Source: Thermodesulfobacteriota bacterium (GTDB lineage: Bacteria; Desulfobacterota_D; UBA1144; Nemesobacterales; Mycalebacteriaceae). Taken from it: 64,000 nucleotides of DNA. Shown in pieces: positions 52,511-62,162 of the stretch (positions within the stretch are counted from its first letter, which is position 1; each line of letters starts with the position of its first letter). Location: contig CBDAQI010000010.1 of assembly GCA_965198945.1 (NCBI GenBank), forward strand, positions 33,533 to 97,532, in the 5' to 3' direction. Made by a program: the position numbers and the translations under genes. The notes under the pieces are model-generated. The model did not search any database. It was not told where the DNA came from and saw only the letters and a program-made list of their open reading frames with translations.

Positions 52511-53785
52511 ATGAGAAAGACACATTTATTTGCCGTTTCAGCAGTCTTGATGGCGGCGGCTTTTGCGCTTTTTGTTTCCCCGGCTTTTGCGGCTCTCGGC
52601 GAGGGCTCTCAGCTTCCGGGTCTTATGGACATTTTCCGCAATCTTGCGAAGGAAACCGGGGTTAACGGCTTTTTCTCTTCAGGCGATTCCTGGATTGACG
52701 GCCCCGGACGGCTGATCATGGTTTGCGTCGGTTTTGCGCTTCTTTATCTCGGAATTGCAAAGCAGTTTGAGCCTCTGTTGCTTGTTACAATAGGTTTCGG
52801 GTGTGTGCTTTCCAACATACCTCTCGCGGGAATAAGTGAACCGGGGGGAATACTGAACTACGTTTACAACGCGGGTATAAAAACCGGAATTTTTCCGCTG
52901 ATAATTTTCATGGGAGTCGGCGCGCTTACTGATTTCGGTCCCCTTCTCGCCAATCCCAGAACCATACTTCTCGGAGTTGCCGCGCAGTTCGGCATATTTG
53001 CCACGCTGATAGGAGCGCTGGCACTCACGCGATTTGTTGACGGCATAGATTTTTCCTTTGCGGATGCGGCCTCCATAGGCATAATAGGAGGTGCGGACGG
53101 GCCCACAGCCATTTATGTTTCCTCTCAGTTGTCGCCGCGTCTTCTCGGGGCGATTTCAGTTTCCGCATATTCTTATATGGCCCTTGTTCCCCTGATACAG
53201 CCACCGATAATGAAGGCTCTTACGACAAAAGAGGAAAGGATGATAAGGATGGAGCAGCTAAGGCCTGTCGGGAAAGTTGAGAAAATCATGTTCCCTCTCA
53301 TCTCGGTCACTCTTTGCGCTCTCTTTCTGCCGTCCGCCGCCCCGCTTATCGGTTTTTTTATGTTCGGCAATCTTATGAAAGAGTGCGGCGTGGTAGATCG
53401 TCTTTCGGACACGGTGCAGAACTCCCTTATCAACATAACCACAATATTTCTCGGTCTCGGGGTCGGTTCAAAGCTTTCCGCCACGGAGTTTCTCAGTATT
53501 GAGACAATCGGAATTCTTCTGCTCGGTGTTGTCGCTTTCTGCATAGGGACCGCCGCCGGGGTTCTGAAGGCGAAGTTTCTGAATCTTTTTTCCAAAAACA
53601 AAATAAACCCGCTTATTGGTTCCGCGGGCGTTTCTGCCGTTCCGATGGCGGCGCGTGTTTCGCAGGATGTCGGCGCGAAGGAAGATCCTCAAAACTTTTT
53701 GCTTATGCATGCGATGGGTCCAAATGTGGCCGGAGTTCTCGGTTCCGCGGTCGCGGCGGGAATTTTGCTTGCGGTGTTTTCTTGA
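52511..53785 (+). CDS. oadB: Na+-translocating decarboxylase beta subunit
   Basis: [31 protein letters not shown]. Confidence 0.96.
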   Translation: MRKTHLFAVSAVLMAAAFALFVSPAFAALGEGSQLPGLMDIFRNLAKETGVNGFFSSGDSWIDGPGRLIMVCVGFALLYLGIAKQFEPLLLVTIGFGCVLSNIPLAGISEPGGILNYVYNAGIKTGIFPLIIFMGVGALTDFGPLLANPRTILLGVAAQFGIFATLIGALALTRFVDGIDFSFADAASIGIIGGADGPTAIYVSSQLSPRLLGAISVSAYSYMALVPLIQPPIMKALTTKEERMIRMEQLRPVGKVEKIMFPLISVTLCALFLPSAAPLIGFFMFGNLMKECGVVDRLSDTVQNSLINITTIFLGLGVGSKLSATEFLSIETIGILLLGVVAFCIGTAAGVLKAKFLNLFSKNKINPLIGSAGVSAVPMAARVSQDVGAKEDPQNFLLMHAMGPNVAGVLGSAVAAGILLAVFS

Positions 53786-54198
53786 AAAACGTTTTTATGG
53801 AGTTTGGAAAGCCCGTTATTTTTTTTGACGGCGTCTGCGGTTTATGCAACGGGTTTGTTGATTTTATTATAAAGCGCGACCGCAAAGACGGATTTCTTTT
53901 TTCACCGCTTCAGGGTGAGACCGCAGCGAAATTTCTTCCGGCTCTTTCCGACAGTTTTCAGCAGTGGGACATTGTCTATGCGGACGAAGACGGGTTTCAC
54001 AGAGCTTCTGACGCCACGATAAAAATTGTTTCAAAACTGGGGGGTATATGGGCTGCGACCGGTATTTTTATTTTTGTTCCCAAATTCATAAGAGACGCTC
54101 TCTACCGCCATGTGGCCGCAAACCGTTACAAATGGTTTGGCAGGTGGGATTTCTGCCGGATTCCCTCGGAAGACGAAAAAAGCAAGTTTCTTCCCTGA
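53782..54198 (+). CDS. DCC1-like thiol-disulfide oxidoreductase (DUF393)
   Basis: [22 protein letters not shown]. Confidence 0.92.
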   Translation: MKNVFMEFGKPVIFFDGVCGLCNGFVDFIIKRDRKDGFLFSPLQGETAAKFLPALSDSFQQWDIVYADEDGFHRASDATIKIVSKLGGIWAATGIFIFVPKFIRDALYRHVAANRYKWFGRWDFCRIPSEDEKSKFLP

Positions 54199-54213
54199 TA
54201 TGTTAAAACGCTT

Positions 54214-54804
54214 ATGAATGGAAGAAAAAAATCCGTAAAAAGGTTTATATCCGCCATTTTGATACTGCAGGGGCTTTATGTGGTGTTTCCCCTTCCAGAC
54301 ATCTGGCCCGTGTCCAACTACCCGATGTTCAGCCGTGCGTCCGGCGCCTCCGTTGTCTATTCAAAACAAATAGTCGCTGTTACCAAAGACGGTGAGCGTG
54401 AGCTGAGAGCCACTGATATAGCCCCTTTTGACATTGTGCGTCTTTCAAAAGGGATAGACAGAATTACCCATGGGGACAGGTTTGCGGAGAAGGATGACAG
54501 AAGAATAAACCGCATAATTGACGCCCTTCAACTAAGTCTCTCAGACGGCGAGTCTGTGAGGCGTTTTATAAAAACGAAACTTCTTTACCAAAAAAACGCC
54601 GGAAGCGTGGAAGATGAATTGAAAACGGTTTTTCAATATCTGTCAGAGCAGTATAAGCGCAATGGCGGTCCGGATGATTTTTCTGAAATTAGACTTTACA
54701 ACATAAGGCATGATTGGACGGATGTTCCGCCGCTGTCGGCCGAGACGGAAAAAATTCTGATCTATTCAACAAAAACCGGAATGGGAGAGAAATGGAGCAA
54801 ATAG
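54214..54804 (+). CDS. Hypothetical protein resembling the C-terminal domain of HTTM proteins
   Basis: One TM then WPVSNYPMFS; adjacent to the HTTM-like gene. Confidence 0.55.
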   Translation: MNGRKKSVKRFISAILILQGLYVVFPLPDIWPVSNYPMFSRASGASVVYSKQIVAVTKDGERELRATDIAPFDIVRLSKGIDRITHGDRFAEKDDRRINRIIDALQLSLSDGESVRRFIKTKLLYQKNAGSVEDELKTVFQYLSEQYKRNGGPDDFSEIRLYNIRHDWTDVPPLSAETEKILIYSTKTGMGEKWSK

Positions 54805-55694
54805 CGGGAAAATTAAAAGACCGTTTTTTCGGTTTTTTCTTTGCCGAATCGGAAGCTTCGGCGCTTGGGGTTTGCAGGTTTTTATTCTGCGGATTTATTT
54901 TTGTTTATTACCTCGGCGCAAATTTTGCAGACTGGGGTCTGGTTCCCGATGAGCTCTGGCATCCGATTTTTCTGTTTGATATTTTCAACCTGCCGGTTTT
55001 TTCCCCGGCTGTCCTCAAGGTTCTGGGACTGGTCTGGCTTGCCTGTGTTTTTTTGAGCGCGGTCGGATTTTTCTCCCGTCCAGCCACATTTCTGTCATTT
55101 GTCATTGGTTTCTATCTCATCGGAATGACCAACAGTTTTTCCAAAACCCATCACATGGAAACCATCGTGCTTTTTGTTTTCGCAATTCTGGCTTTTTCCC
55201 GTTGCGGAGACGGTTTTTCGGTGGACCGGCTGATAAAATCTCGTCGCGGCGAGCGCATTTCTCCTTCGTGGGAATACGGGTGGCCCGTCAAATTAATTCA
55301 GGTGCTTATGATTTTCTTTTTCTGCGCCGCGGGACTTTCAAAATTGAGAAATTCTGGGCTTGAATGGGTTTTTTCAGAAAACTTGTCCGGCCTTTTTATT
55401 TCCGGACTGCTTGGAAATCAGAGGCACGAGCCGCTTTTTGACTGGCTCACTTTGATGCTTGCGCAGAAACATATCTCAATTTTTCTTGCAGGAATCACCT
55501 TACTTCTTGAACTGTTGGCACCGCTCGCATTTTTTGGACGACGTTTGAAAGTTGTTATCGGCATGGGGCTGTTTTTTATGATGGCGGGTTTCTGGGTGGT
55601 GATGGGGCTTGCTTTTCCGCAGTGGATTGCGGCTTTTGTATTCTGGTTGCCGTGGGATGAGGTGGTTCGCAGAACGAATATCAGGAGCGGATAA
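54792..55694 (+). CDS. HTTM-domain-like membrane protein
   Basis: ALGVCRFL, FSVDRL, FFCAAGLSKL, LLELLAP; likely ATG 54792. Confidence 0.78.
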   Translation: MEQIAGKLKDRFFGFFFAESEASALGVCRFLFCGFIFVYYLGANFADWGLVPDELWHPIFLFDIFNLPVFSPAVLKVLGLVWLACVFLSAVGFFSRPATFLSFVIGFYLIGMTNSFSKTHHMETIVLFVFAILAFSRCGDGFSVDRLIKSRRGERISPSWEYGWPVKLIQVLMIFFFCAAGLSKLRNSGLEWVFSENLSGLFISGLLGNQRHEPLFDWLTLMLAQKHISIFLAGITLLLELLAPLAFFGRRLKVVIGMGLFFMMAGFWVVMGLAFPQWIAAFVFWLPWDEVVRRTNIRSG

Positions 55695-56234
55695 ATTAAA
55701 AACGGAACAGTTTTTCTTCTTTGTATTGCGCTGGTTTTTGCGGGTTTTCCTCTACTGTCCGCGGAAGCGGTTGATAATGGCAGGGCGCTGCCGGAATTCA
55801 CATCAAAAAACCCGCAGGACTGGATTAACTCAAAGCCGCTGAAAAAATCAGATCTTAAGGGCGGGGTAACTCTCATATATTTCTGGGCTTTTGACTGCTG
55901 GAATTCATACCGTTCTTTCCCGTGGCTGCGCGGAATTGAAAAGCGTTTCGCGGACAGGCGGTTTAAGGTGGTCGGCATACACACGCCTGAGTTTGAGCGC
56001 GAAAAAAGCAGAAAAAATCTTGAGGCGAAAGTGAAAGAGTTCAAACTTGCTCATCCAGTTATGATGGACAATAATTTCAGATACTGGCGAAAAATGAACA
56101 ACCGCTACTGGCCCGCTTTTTATCTCGTGGACGGAGAGGGCGATGTCGTCTATAAAATGATAGGGGAAACGCACAAAGGACAGAAAAAAGCGGAAGAGTT
56201 TGAAAGGGCTTTGGAGGGTTTGGTTAACCAGTGA
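55695..56234 (+). CDS. Exported redoxin (TlpA/DipZ-like) with probable ATT start
   Basis: Frame open from 55695: signal-like helix, WINSKPL, FWAFDCWNS, VGIHTPEF, NRYWPAFY; AGGAG 7 nt upstream of ATT. Confidence 0.8.
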   Translation: MKNGTVFLLCIALVFAGFPLLSAEAVDNGRALPEFTSKNPQDWINSKPLKKSDLKGGVTLIYFWAFDCWNSYRSFPWLRGIEKRFADRRFKVVGIHTPEFEREKSRKNLEAKVKEFKLAHPVMMDNNFRYWRKMNNRYWPAFYLVDGEGDVVYKMIGETHKGQKKAEEFERALEGLVNQ

Positions 56235-56281
56235 ATCTGGTAGACTTTTCTTGAAAAAAATTATATCGTGGGCTTGAATGT

Positions 56282-57439
56282 ATGAACAGAATTGAAAGTA
56301 CATTAAGAAAGGAAGTTAAGAAGGTTCTTGTTGGTCAGGGGTATAGGATTAGCAAAGGGCAGTTTTGCTTTGACACAGATAATATAGAAAAAAAGCGATA
56401 TTTGCATCAATTTTCCCGGGCGGAAAGAATTAGAGAAAATTTTGATTTTATAAGATCATTTTTGCCTGAAGCCAGAAAACATCTTCTTGATAGTTCAAGT
56501 TTAGAAGTCTCAAAAATTCAACCCAGATTATTAGAAATAAAGTCAGGAACAAGAGAAGGAAGTTTATTCCGTTGGTGGAACCTTGTTTGGTGGAGCCTCC
56601 CATATGAAAAATCATATGGAAGACAGATGAGGTTTATTGTATGGGATGAATATCACGACGCTCCGATTGGTCTGATAGGTTTACAAAGTCCTCTTCTTTC
56701 TTGGAGTGTTAGAGACAAATACCTTTCAATAGGAGTCAAACAAAGAGATTACTGGGTAAATCAATCTCTTTCTGCTCAAAGATTGGGTTCACTTCCTCCT
56801 TACAATGGGTTTTTAGGTGGAAAACTGGTTGCTTCACTGATGACGTCGGATTTGGTTAGGGAATCTTTTAATAAAAAATATAATGAAAGTCAAACATTGC
56901 TTTTGAGAAGGAGATTGCCGGCAAATCTGCTTTTTATAACTACTACGGGTGCATATGGGAAGAGCAGTGTTTACAATCGGCTCAAGTTTAATGAGGAAAA
57001 AATCTGTGATTTTATCGGCTACACAAGAGGAAGTGGTTCATTTCATATATCTAATACTCTTTACGAAAGTTTTGTCAGTTATCTGAGAGACCAGGGCTAT
57101 AAGGCAGGAAGGTCTTTTGGGAACGGTCCTTCTGTTAAAATGAGAAATATAAGGAAAGCAATGAACTTGTTAGGTTTCAAAAACGGCTGTGAGCATGGAA
57201 TGAAAAGAGCTGTATACCTTTTTCCATTTGTTTCAAATTTGAAACCTGTAATACAGAAAGAGCAAAAGCCTGTTTGGTATCAAAGAAGTATAGAAGATTT
57301 GACAAACTACTGGAAAGAAAGGTGGGCTTGTAAAAGAGTCGACAATCATGAGAAAAGTTTTTTTTCCGGTGAAGATTATATTGATGAATTGTTAAAAGAT
57401 TTGGCAAATTGCGAGAAACTTGCGAGTAAGAATATTTAG
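56282..57439 (+). CDS. DUF4338 / Druantia DruA-like protein
   Basis: WSLPYEKSYGRQMRFIVWD..H...GLIGL, RDKY, PPYN.FLGGKLVASL, ITTTGAYGKSSVYNRL. Confidence 0.8.
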   Translation: MNRIESTLRKEVKKVLVGQGYRISKGQFCFDTDNIEKKRYLHQFSRAERIRENFDFIRSFLPEARKHLLDSSSLEVSKIQPRLLEIKSGTREGSLFRWWNLVWWSLPYEKSYGRQMRFIVWDEYHDAPIGLIGLQSPLLSWSVRDKYLSIGVKQRDYWVNQSLSAQRLGSLPPYNGFLGGKLVASLMTSDLVRESFNKKYNESQTLLLRRRLPANLLFITTTGAYGKSSVYNRLKFNEEKICDFIGYTRGSGSFHISNTLYESFVSYLRDQGYKAGRSFGNGPSVKMRNIRKAMNLLGFKNGCEHGMKRAVYLFPFVSNLKPVIQKEQKPVWYQRSIEDLTNYWKERWACKRVDNHEKSFFSGEDYIDELLKDLANCEKLASKNI

Positions 57440-57441
57440 TT

Positions 57442-58623
57442 ATGGACAAAAAACCTTACGCATATTTGCCAGAAGATCTTTTGTTGCAAATGCTTGAAAA
57501 AGCGCCTCAAACTGCAAAACAATTGGCAAATGCAATTGAAGTCAATGAATCTCAAGTAGAAAAAGCAAGGAGTTTATTAAAAGATAAAGACTTTATTATA
57601 TCTTGTTCTGGAGGCGATGTTACAGAATCAATTATGGCTACTGATGGTGCCAATATTATTGAACATAAGGCAAGTGCTGACATTGTTTTGGCAATTGCAG
57701 TTGGAGTAGATGGTCTTTCAAAAGAATCTTCAACTCATTGGCCTGAAGGCTCGCGACAGTATCAGCAATGGCAAGATGCGTTACCTCACCACGTTGCTAA
57801 TTCAAGATTGGCACAAGGTGTGATGTTCCTTATGGAATTAAGCATTCTGGCTGAGACAGACAGAAAAATCAGAATAATGGATGGTTCTCATATAACTGCT
57901 ATTCTCAAGCTCAATAGTTTGTTAAGTGCTAATGATGAAGATAGAGCTGATAAGCCATACGTGAAAGCCCTCTCAAGATTCCTGTCTGAAAACTATGACA
58001 AAGTCATTCCCGATATACCGGATATTATCGCTTCTGCTTTTTCCGACAAATCTATAATAAGTCTTACCAAATATTCTTCTTCAAGGGAGATTATAGACTC
58101 TCAATTGCAAACACTTGAAATAGTTGCCGATGACAAGGTTTTTATGTCTACGCTTCTTGAGGAAAATGAGTATACAAAACCTGTTTCTGTGGGACAATCA
58201 GCAAAAGATAAAAAAATGTGGGAAGATTTTCATATAAAGTGCAATTTGCCAGTTGACGGAGTAAATAATTCGGAACTTGAAAATCGTCTTGAAGATGCAA
58301 TTGCTCCATTCAAAATTACGGAAGATCACGAATCGAATTTGTTTTTTTGTTATTATAAACCTTTGAAACATACTATGGCTCATCGAGTTGAATTAAAGAA
58401 GAGTCTTGCGGAAAGTAAAAAAGATCTTGAGTTTTTTCTTAGAAGTTTGAAAAAACAAATAATCTTTCCAGAAATACGAGAGCCATACCCACAGTTTTTA
58501 GCAGATATTATTGCCAAAAATATTTATTTTGGAATGGAAGCGGTTAATCAGGCTATTTTCAATAATAAACTGCTACATAGCCAGAAAAATTTTGATTTTG
58601 TTCTTCCATATAGGACAAGTTAA
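57442..58623 (+). CDS. nurA: NurA-like nuclease
   Basis: IMATDGA, RIMDGSH, EPYPQFLADIIAK, consistent with the NurA RNase H-like acidic motifs. Confidence 0.78.
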   Translation: MDKKPYAYLPEDLLLQMLEKAPQTAKQLANAIEVNESQVEKARSLLKDKDFIISCSGGDVTESIMATDGANIIEHKASADIVLAIAVGVDGLSKESSTHWPEGSRQYQQWQDALPHHVANSRLAQGVMFLMELSILAETDRKIRIMDGSHITAILKLNSLLSANDEDRADKPYVKALSRFLSENYDKVIPDIPDIIASAFSDKSIISLTKYSSSREIIDSQLQTLEIVADDKVFMSTLLEENEYTKPVSVGQSAKDKKMWEDFHIKCNLPVDGVNNSELENRLEDAIAPFKITEDHESNLFFCYYKPLKHTMAHRVELKKSLAESKKDLEFFLRSLKKQIIFPEIREPYPQFLADIIAKNIYFGMEAVNQAIFNNKLLHSQKNFDFVLPYRTS

Positions 58624-58635
58624 GTAGTAAGTATT

Positions 58636-60381
58636 GTGCCTGTGCCCGAATCTATTATTGACTTACTGAATTCTGATCAGAAACCCCTTGGAGCAGTCGG
58701 TTCTCCAAGTGACACTTTTGAAGCAACTGTTGATGTTCTTGAGGTTAGCGAGAAGGAAAAACTTTTGGGTGAATTGGCTTGTTTTTGTGTAAAAGAAGGC
58801 AGTGGTGATGTGTTTGTACTGGGTCAAATAACTGAAATTACAACAGAAAACAGATGGCACCAATAGCCATCCTTTAAAGGTATTATAAAAAGACATGGCA
58901 ATCTTCCCAATTTAAGTGGTGTAGCAGATAATCGTATCGCTAGGATAAATGTCCAATCCAGTTTTATGCTGACAAGTAATCAATCAGAAGCAGAAGCACA
59001 TAAATTAGCAAATTCTCCTTCAACGGGTGTGCCTGTGAAAAGAGTAAGTAATGAGATCATGCAAAAACTCGTGAGGCAATATGAAGAACTTGTTTCTCTT
59101 GGAAACTCTTACGATACCGATGTCAGTGTGCCATTTTGGTTCAAACACTTTGGCAAGCCAACTGAAGGGGGAGATGGTGATGCATATCATATTGGAGTTT
59201 TTGGCCGTACGGGTTCTGGAAAAACTACAACAGCTGCTAACATGATTTTAGGTTATGCTCGCAATAGTTCTCATATGAATATTTTGATTCTTGATCCGCA
59301 AGAGCAGTTTTACGAAGACAATAATGTGTTGCCAAACGAAGTGAGTTTTAAAGAGCAAATATTAAAAACTGGAATGACTTATGAAAAATATAGAGTTCCT
59401 GAAGAAGTTGCATTGCCTGATGATGCAAAACTCTTTAGTGAACTTCTATTGAATTATAATTTTATCAAAATTGCTTTCGATATTTTAACTGAGCAAAAAC
59501 TTGAAGAAATGAGAGAAGCTATAGAGAGATATGTTAGCATTCGTATAGATAACGGAAGATTAAAAATCTCTACGAATCCTGAAAAATTATACGAGGATTT
59601 GCTTAATTATTTTCTTAATGAGAATGAAAATAAAGAAAGAGAACCCTTGAAGCAGGTCTATAGTACAAAACCCAAAATAAATGAGATTAAAGAAAATATA
59701 AGAAATACAATCTCTTCTAATAAAGGAAAGGAAATCTGGAAAGTGATATGCAGTCTTTTTTCAGAATCCGGGAAAAAACCTCTCAGAGAGATAGTAAATG
59801 AAGTTGTTAGGCAAAATAATTCTCAAAATGGAGAAAATGGCAAGACAATTGTTTTAAACATTTCTGCGAGAGGGGCTCAAAGGGGAATGGATGATTTGCA
59901 TGCATTGTATGTAAAAATCATTGAAGATTCTATTAAAGAAAAGGGAGCGAAACTTTATGCAGATGGGAAAAAAGCAAATTGTCTCGTTGTATTGGACGAA
60001 GCTCATCGCTTTATAAATACGTACAATTATGATCAACAAATCAAAGAATTGACTGCCAGCATTATTGATGCCGTTCGCACAACCAGAAAGTATGGAATTG
60101 GCTATATGTTTATTACTCAAACTATTGAATCACTTCACAGGGAAATTAGAGATCAAATTAGAATATTTGCTTTTGGTTATGGTCTTACAAGTGGTACAGA
60201 ATTCGCGCAAATTAAGAATATAATCAACGACGAATCAGGAGCAAAGTTTTATCGTTCTTTTATAGATCCATCAAGTAATAAAAAGTTTCCGTTCATGTTT
60301 TATGGACCTATTTCTCCTCTTTCATTTACAGGTGCGCCTCTTTTCTTAGAAATGAATGGCCAAATTATTGATTTTCCATAA
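58636..60381 (+). pseudogene. herA: HerA-like ATPase (HAS barrel plus P-loop) interrupted by a single in-frame TAG at 58864-58866
   Basis: ORFs 58636-58866 and 58966-60381 share a frame with no other stop between them; GAVGSPS, GRTGSGKT, VLDEAHRF, RKYGIG..FITQ. Confidence 0.85.
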
Positions 60382-60606
60382 ATTTTTCCTGCATGTCATG
60401 TTATTGTCCAGTTTTCTCAATTGCACCTTTTGATTTTCTCCATCTTTTGTTTATAGTCCTTAAATCTCGAAGTGATCTGATAATTTTCGTATTAGGCAAT
60501 CGTTCTTTTGTCTCAAACTGCGTTTCTTTATTACCTCAACTATAAAGTGAATTGAGAAAATATTTTCTGAAAGTTTTTTACTTGTGAAATTAAAATTTCT
60601 TCAATC

Positions 60607-61408
60607 TCACAAAATAACCGTCTTTTCCCCGTCAATAAATATGCGGTGCTCAATGTGATATTTGACGGCTTTGGCAAGCGCCTCGCATTCATTTTCCATT
60701 CCGGTTTGCTTGAGGTCTTCGGGGGTCTGGTTATGATCAACGCGGGTTGTTTTTTGTTCAATGATCGGGCCTTCGTCCAGATTTTTTGTCACATAGTGCG
60801 CCGTTGCGCCGATAAGTTTCACTCCGTGTTTGTGCGCCTGATGGTAGGGTCTTGCGCCTTTGAACGCGGGCAGAAATGAGTGGTGGATATTTATGCACCT
60901 GCCCTGCAACTCACCGGCGAGTTCGGGAGACAAGACCTGCATGTAACGGGCAAGCACAACAAGCTCCGTTCCGGTTTCCCCGATAATTTCCAACAATTCT
61001 TTCTCCCGTTTTTTTCGTGTCGCCGGGCTGACGGGCAGATGAATAAAACGGACGCCTTCGTTTTCGGCATCCGGTTTTTCTGCGGTAAAACAGGTCTTGC
61101 AGGCAGTGCCCGTCTTTTGAGACCATAATTAAAACCCTGAACGGTTTTTGCGGGTCATGAATCTCCCATTTCATTCCGAATTTGTCCGCGACCCGGGGAA
61201 ATTTCCGGCGGATTTCACCAATTTTTTGTTTTTCAGGATGAGTCCGGAACTCGGTTCTCATAAAAAATTTGCGGTTTGACTCGTCATCAAACTGCTGCAG
61301 TGACAGAAGATAGCAGCCGTTTTCAGAAAGAAACGAGGTTATTGCGGCGACTATACCGCTTCCCGCCGGGCAGACAACGGTCAGGATAAAATTTCCTTCT
61401 TCCTTCAA
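60607..61408 (-). pseudogene. purU: Formyltetrahydrofolate deformylase with an internal deletion and frameshift near 61070
   Basis: GIVAAIT, HCLQDL, LARYMQVLS, INIHHSFLPAFKGARPYHQA; the conserved VxSNH segment is missing at the frame junction. Confidence 0.9.
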
Positions 61409-62160
61409 GTTTGCACGCTTCTCTGTATCGCCCCTCTTATCTCCGCCCATTTTGCGTTTAGAAATCTCAAGTCAGATTCCGCTTTTTCAAAATCGCCTTT
61501 TTCAATGCCGCTTATAATTCTTTTCAAATCGCCCACTGAATTTTCGTTTTTCATTGAATCCTGAGTTATGAAAGAGCATATTTCACCGTAGTTGAGAACA
61601 ATTTCCCCGTCCGAGTCAAAACCGCGCAGCCAGCTGTTCATTTCGCTCAGTTTCCTGGGAAGATCTTTCAGTTTGGCAAATTCGGGATATTTGGAAACTA
61701 TGTCCCCCGTTTTTTCCAGAACTTTTTCCGCTGTCCTGATTCTCTCCATGGCGGTTCCTATGTTTTCCGGATAGAAAATTGAATCATGGTGAACGGCACC
61801 GAAACCCGCGTGTGTATAGAAAAAGTCGCGTTTTTCCTCATCAAATGCAATCAGCCACTCAAACGGAATGAAATCTTCGGAGGAAACTATGTTGAAACTT
61901 GACCGGTCTCTCAGCCTGCAGACAAAATAACGCCCGTCCTTTTTTGAAAAAAAACAGTCTCTTATTTCATTTGCTCCGATATCAAGATAGTTTGCAAGGG
62001 AGTTTCTGAATTCATCATATTCGGCTCCGCCCCATGTTGATTTGGGAGAGGCCGGTCTGTCCCAGAATTTTTCGTAAAATCTTATGTATTCCCTCCAGTA
62101 TTCATTGCCTCCCGGCACCGAATCAATCGTTTCATAAACCATCAGAGCGCACTGTGCCAT
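61405..62160 (-). CDS. Hypothetical protein (251 aa)
   Basis: Long ORF, co-oriented and tightly coupled with aroE and purU; no family recognised. Confidence 0.7.
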   Translation of the reverse strand: MAQCALMVYETIDSVPGGNEYWREYIRFYEKFWDRPASPKSTWGGAEYDEFRNSLANYLDIGANEIRDCFFSKKDGRYFVCRLRDRSSFNIVSSEDFIPFEWLIAFDEEKRDFFYTHAGFGAVHHDSIFYPENIGTAMERIRTAEKVLEKTGDIVSKYPEFAKLKDLPRKLSEMNSWLRGFDSDGEIVLNYGEICSFITQDSMKNENSVGDLKRIISGIEKGDFEKAESDLRFLNAKWAEIRGAIQRSVQT

Positions 62161-62162
62161 TT

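Noticed and set aside
55890-55910. Ser codon TCA as a relic of Sec (TGA) in the redoxin active site
   Set aside because: Single-codon coincidence; no SECIS or sel genes seen in the window.
56235-60606. Integrase, att sites or TIRs bounding the DruA-NurA-HerA island
   Set aside because: No direct or inverted repeats or mobility gene found by eye; only a 6-bp gggctt match near 56270.
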